Assembly (NCBI RefSeq): GCF_048403405.1
Contig: NZ_CP183129.1
Length of the DNA: 64,000 nucleotides
Direction: 5' to 3' (one strand)
Source: Escherichia coli
Lineage (GTDB): Bacteria > Pseudomonadota > Gammaproteobacteria > Enterobacterales > Enterobacteriaceae
Below, one piece after another: positions 61,766-64,000 of the stretch. A model generated the notes under the pieces. That model made no database searches and was not told the origin of the DNA. It was given only the letters and a program-made list of their open reading frames with translations. Position 1 is the stretch's first letter. Each line of letters opens with the position of its first letter. The position numbers and the translations under genes were made by a program.

Positions 61766-62201
61766 GATGCCCTCCAATATGGTTATTTTTTATTGTGAAT
61801 TAAGATAGGTGAGTACGACGTAAAAAGATGTGAAGCAAATCACATCAGTGTAATCGCTTACACTAACATTTATCTTAATTATGATTTAAGTGCATGAAAA
61901 TAATTGAGTTATATCATCATAGATTAAACGCTGTTATCTGCAATTAAGACTTTACTGAAAAGAAATGTAACAACTGTGAAAGCTGAATAATAATATGAAA
62001 ATATTACAAATATTTGGCTGGTGTGGTTGGTGTAATCGGTTTCAGTAGTGATGATAATTTGCGGTAAAACGTGTTGAGGAAGAATGATGTTATTGTGCGG
62101 GCGGTTTTTTTGCCGGATGCGGCGTGAATGTCTATCCACCGCGGTGAGGTAAAAGAAAAAGGCCAGCGCGAGGCTGGCCTTTGAAAGCAGGTGAAGAAAG
62201 A

Positions 62202-63356
62202 TTACTTCAGACCGGCAGCATCGCGCAGCAGCTGCGCTTTGTCGGTTTTTTCCCACGGGAAATGTTCGCGACCAAAGTGACCGTATGCTGCGGTTTCTTT
62301 GTAGATCGGGTGCAGCAGATCCAGCATCTGAATCAGACCGTATGGACGCAGGTCAAAGAACTCACGTACCAGCAGAGTCAGTTGTTCAGAAGGCACTTTC
62401 TCGGTACCGAAAGTTTCCACCATGATGGAAGTCGGTTCAGCCACGCCAATTGCGTAGGAAACCTGAATTTCACAACGATCGGCCAGGCCAGCAGCAACGA
62501 TGTTTTTCGCGACATAACGTGCTGCGTACGCTGCGGAACGGTCCACTTTTGATGGATCTTTACCAGAGAATGCACCACCACCGTGACGTGCCATGCCGCC
62601 GTAGGTATCAACGATAATTTTACGACCAGTCAGACCGCAGTCACCCATCGGGCCACCGATAACAAAACGACCGGTCGGGTTGATGAAGAATTTGGTGGCA
62701 GAAGTCAGCCATTCAGCGGGCAGAATCGGCTTGATGATCTCTTCCATTACCGCTTCTTGCAGCGATTTCTGGTCGATTTCTTCAGAGTGCTGAGTGGAAA
62801 GCACGACAGCATCGATACCAACGATTTTGCCGTCGTCATACTGGAAAGTCACCTGGCTTTTCGCGTCCGGGCGCAGCCACGGCAGAGTGCCGTTTTTACG
62901 CACTTCAGCCTGACGCTGTACCAGACGGTGTGCATAGGTGATAGGCGCTGGCATCAGCACGTCGGTTTCATTGGTTGCGTAGCCAAACATCAGACCCTGG
63001 TCACCCGCGCCCTGTTCCAGCGGATCGGCACGGTCAACGCCCTGGTTGATGTCAGGAGACTGTTTGCCGATAGCGCTCAGAACCGCACAGGAATTAGCGT
63101 CAAAGCCCATGTCGGAATGCACATAGCCAATTTCGCGAACGGTGTTACGGGTGATCTCTTCGATGTCTACCCAGGCGCTGGTGGTGATTTCGCCGCCAAC
63201 TAAAACCATGCCGGTTTTTACGTAGGTTTCGCAAGCAACGCGTGCTTTCGGATCCTGTTCGAGGATCGCGTCTAAAACGGCATCAGAGATTTGGTCAGCA
63301 ATTTTGTCAGGATGCCCTTCAGAGACGGACTCGGACGTAAAAAAGTGTTTTGCCAT
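62202..63356 (-). CDS. metK: S-adenosylmethionine synthetase
   Basis: 384 aa starting MAKH(F/L)[13 protein letters not shown]; GGGAFSGKD motif. Confidence 0.95.
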   Translation of the reverse strand: MAKHFFTSESVSEGHPDKIADQISDAVLDAILEQDPKARVACETYVKTGMVLVGGEITTSAWVDIEEITRNTVREIGYVHSDMGFDANSCAVLSAIGKQSPDINQGVDRADPLEQGAGDQGLMFGYATNETDVLMPAPITYAHRLVQRQAEVRKNGTLPWLRPDAKSQVTFQYDDGKIVGIDAVVLSTQHSEEIDQKSLQEAVMEEIIKPILPAEWLTSATKFFINPTGRFVIGGPMGDCGLTGRKIIVDTYGGMARHGGGAFSGKDPSKVDRSAAYAARYVAKNIVAAGLADRCEIQVSYAIGVAEPTSIMVETFGTEKVPSEQLTLLVREFFDLRPYGLIQMLDLLHPIYKETAAYGHFGREHFPWEKTDKAQLLRDAAGLK

Positions 63357-63659
63357 ATTTAATATCACCTAAAGAGAATTTGGTTAGCTCAAACTGTTGT
63401 GTGGATTTTCTGTGGTAGCGGATCCTACCACGACTCTGCAGGTTAAAAACACTGGCAGTCTGAGTGTTAATCGGTATGGATGGATTAACATCTGGATGGC
63501 TATTTTAGGTCAATTCTTCACCCGATTTCCACTTTTTTTTGAATCGTGTCTCATTCTGTTAAAAACGTGGCTGGAAATTTTTCCTGACAATGCTGGCATT
63601 CTGCGTATTTATCTTTTGCAATTTTCTGCCATTGTGGGGTATAAAACGCGGCGCGCGGC

Positions 63660-63875
63660 TTAAATAAAAAGCACACGACGTTTCTTTCGTGTTGCCACTT
63701 CCAGCCGGGTTGAAATCAGAGTTTTGGCTTGTGGGTTCGTCTTAACAGGCGGCCGTGGAGGTGATACGAAATAATGAACCGTTGTCTGCTGCTTAACCTG
63801 TCTCACCGTTCTGGTGAAGATTCGTTCCCCGCACTCTGCATCTCTGCTTTGCATACCTGCCGATGTTATACCCAT
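63660..63875 (-). CDS. small hypothetical ORF upstream of metK (possibly yqgC-like)
   Basis: 71-aa ORF in the metK upstream region; weak support. Confidence 0.2.
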
Positions 63876-64000
63876 CTCGGCGCTTCTCAGGATTCAAGAG
63901 CTGGTTACAGTTACTGAGGACTGAACAAGGGCGCTCTTGTAAAAACAAGAGTTTTCTCGTGGTTTCGCCGAACTGTCACACTTACGTTCGGTTATGTGCT

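Overview
The window has two parts. Positions 1-35,853 are the right-hand portion of a GC-rich integrative conjugative element (ICE) of the pKLC102/PAPI-1/ICEclc/PFGI-1 type, which continues beyond the 5' edge of the window and is inserted at the 3' end of a tRNA-Phe gene (pheV-like, 35,854-35,929, minus strand). Positions 35,930-64,000 are conserved Escherichia coli-type chromosome (yqgA, speC, nupG, mltC, yggX, mutY, trmB, yggL, yggN, ansB, yggM, then hemW through metK), interrupted by a TRAP transporter operon with an intact IS1 (768 bp, 9-bp target duplication GTACATGTT) in its upstream region. The ICE carries a coupling-protein gene (TraD-like), a long co-oriented block of mating-pore genes including a VirB4/TraC-like ATPase, TraU-like and TraG-like genes, then an AT-rich cargo region, an ArdC-like antirestriction gene, and a terminal tyrosine integrase next to the tRNA. 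The most unusual things I can see are: (i) a 2.4-kb cargo cassette encoding a tyrosine-recombinase-like protein and a secreted SGNH/GDSL hydrolase, bracketed by two about 220-bp direct repeats that each contain three tandem hairpins with covarying stems and a conserved loop motif; (ii) a trimeric-autotransporter (YadA-like) adhesin gene embedded between traC and the downstream pore genes; (iii) a repeated GTTTCC-N3-GGAAAC palindrome array upstream of both traD and ardC; and (iv) recurrent two-hairpin leaders that sequester the ribosome-binding site of several cargo genes. All calls are from reading the sequence and recalled family knowledge; no database search was run, and family names for ICE proteins are approximate.
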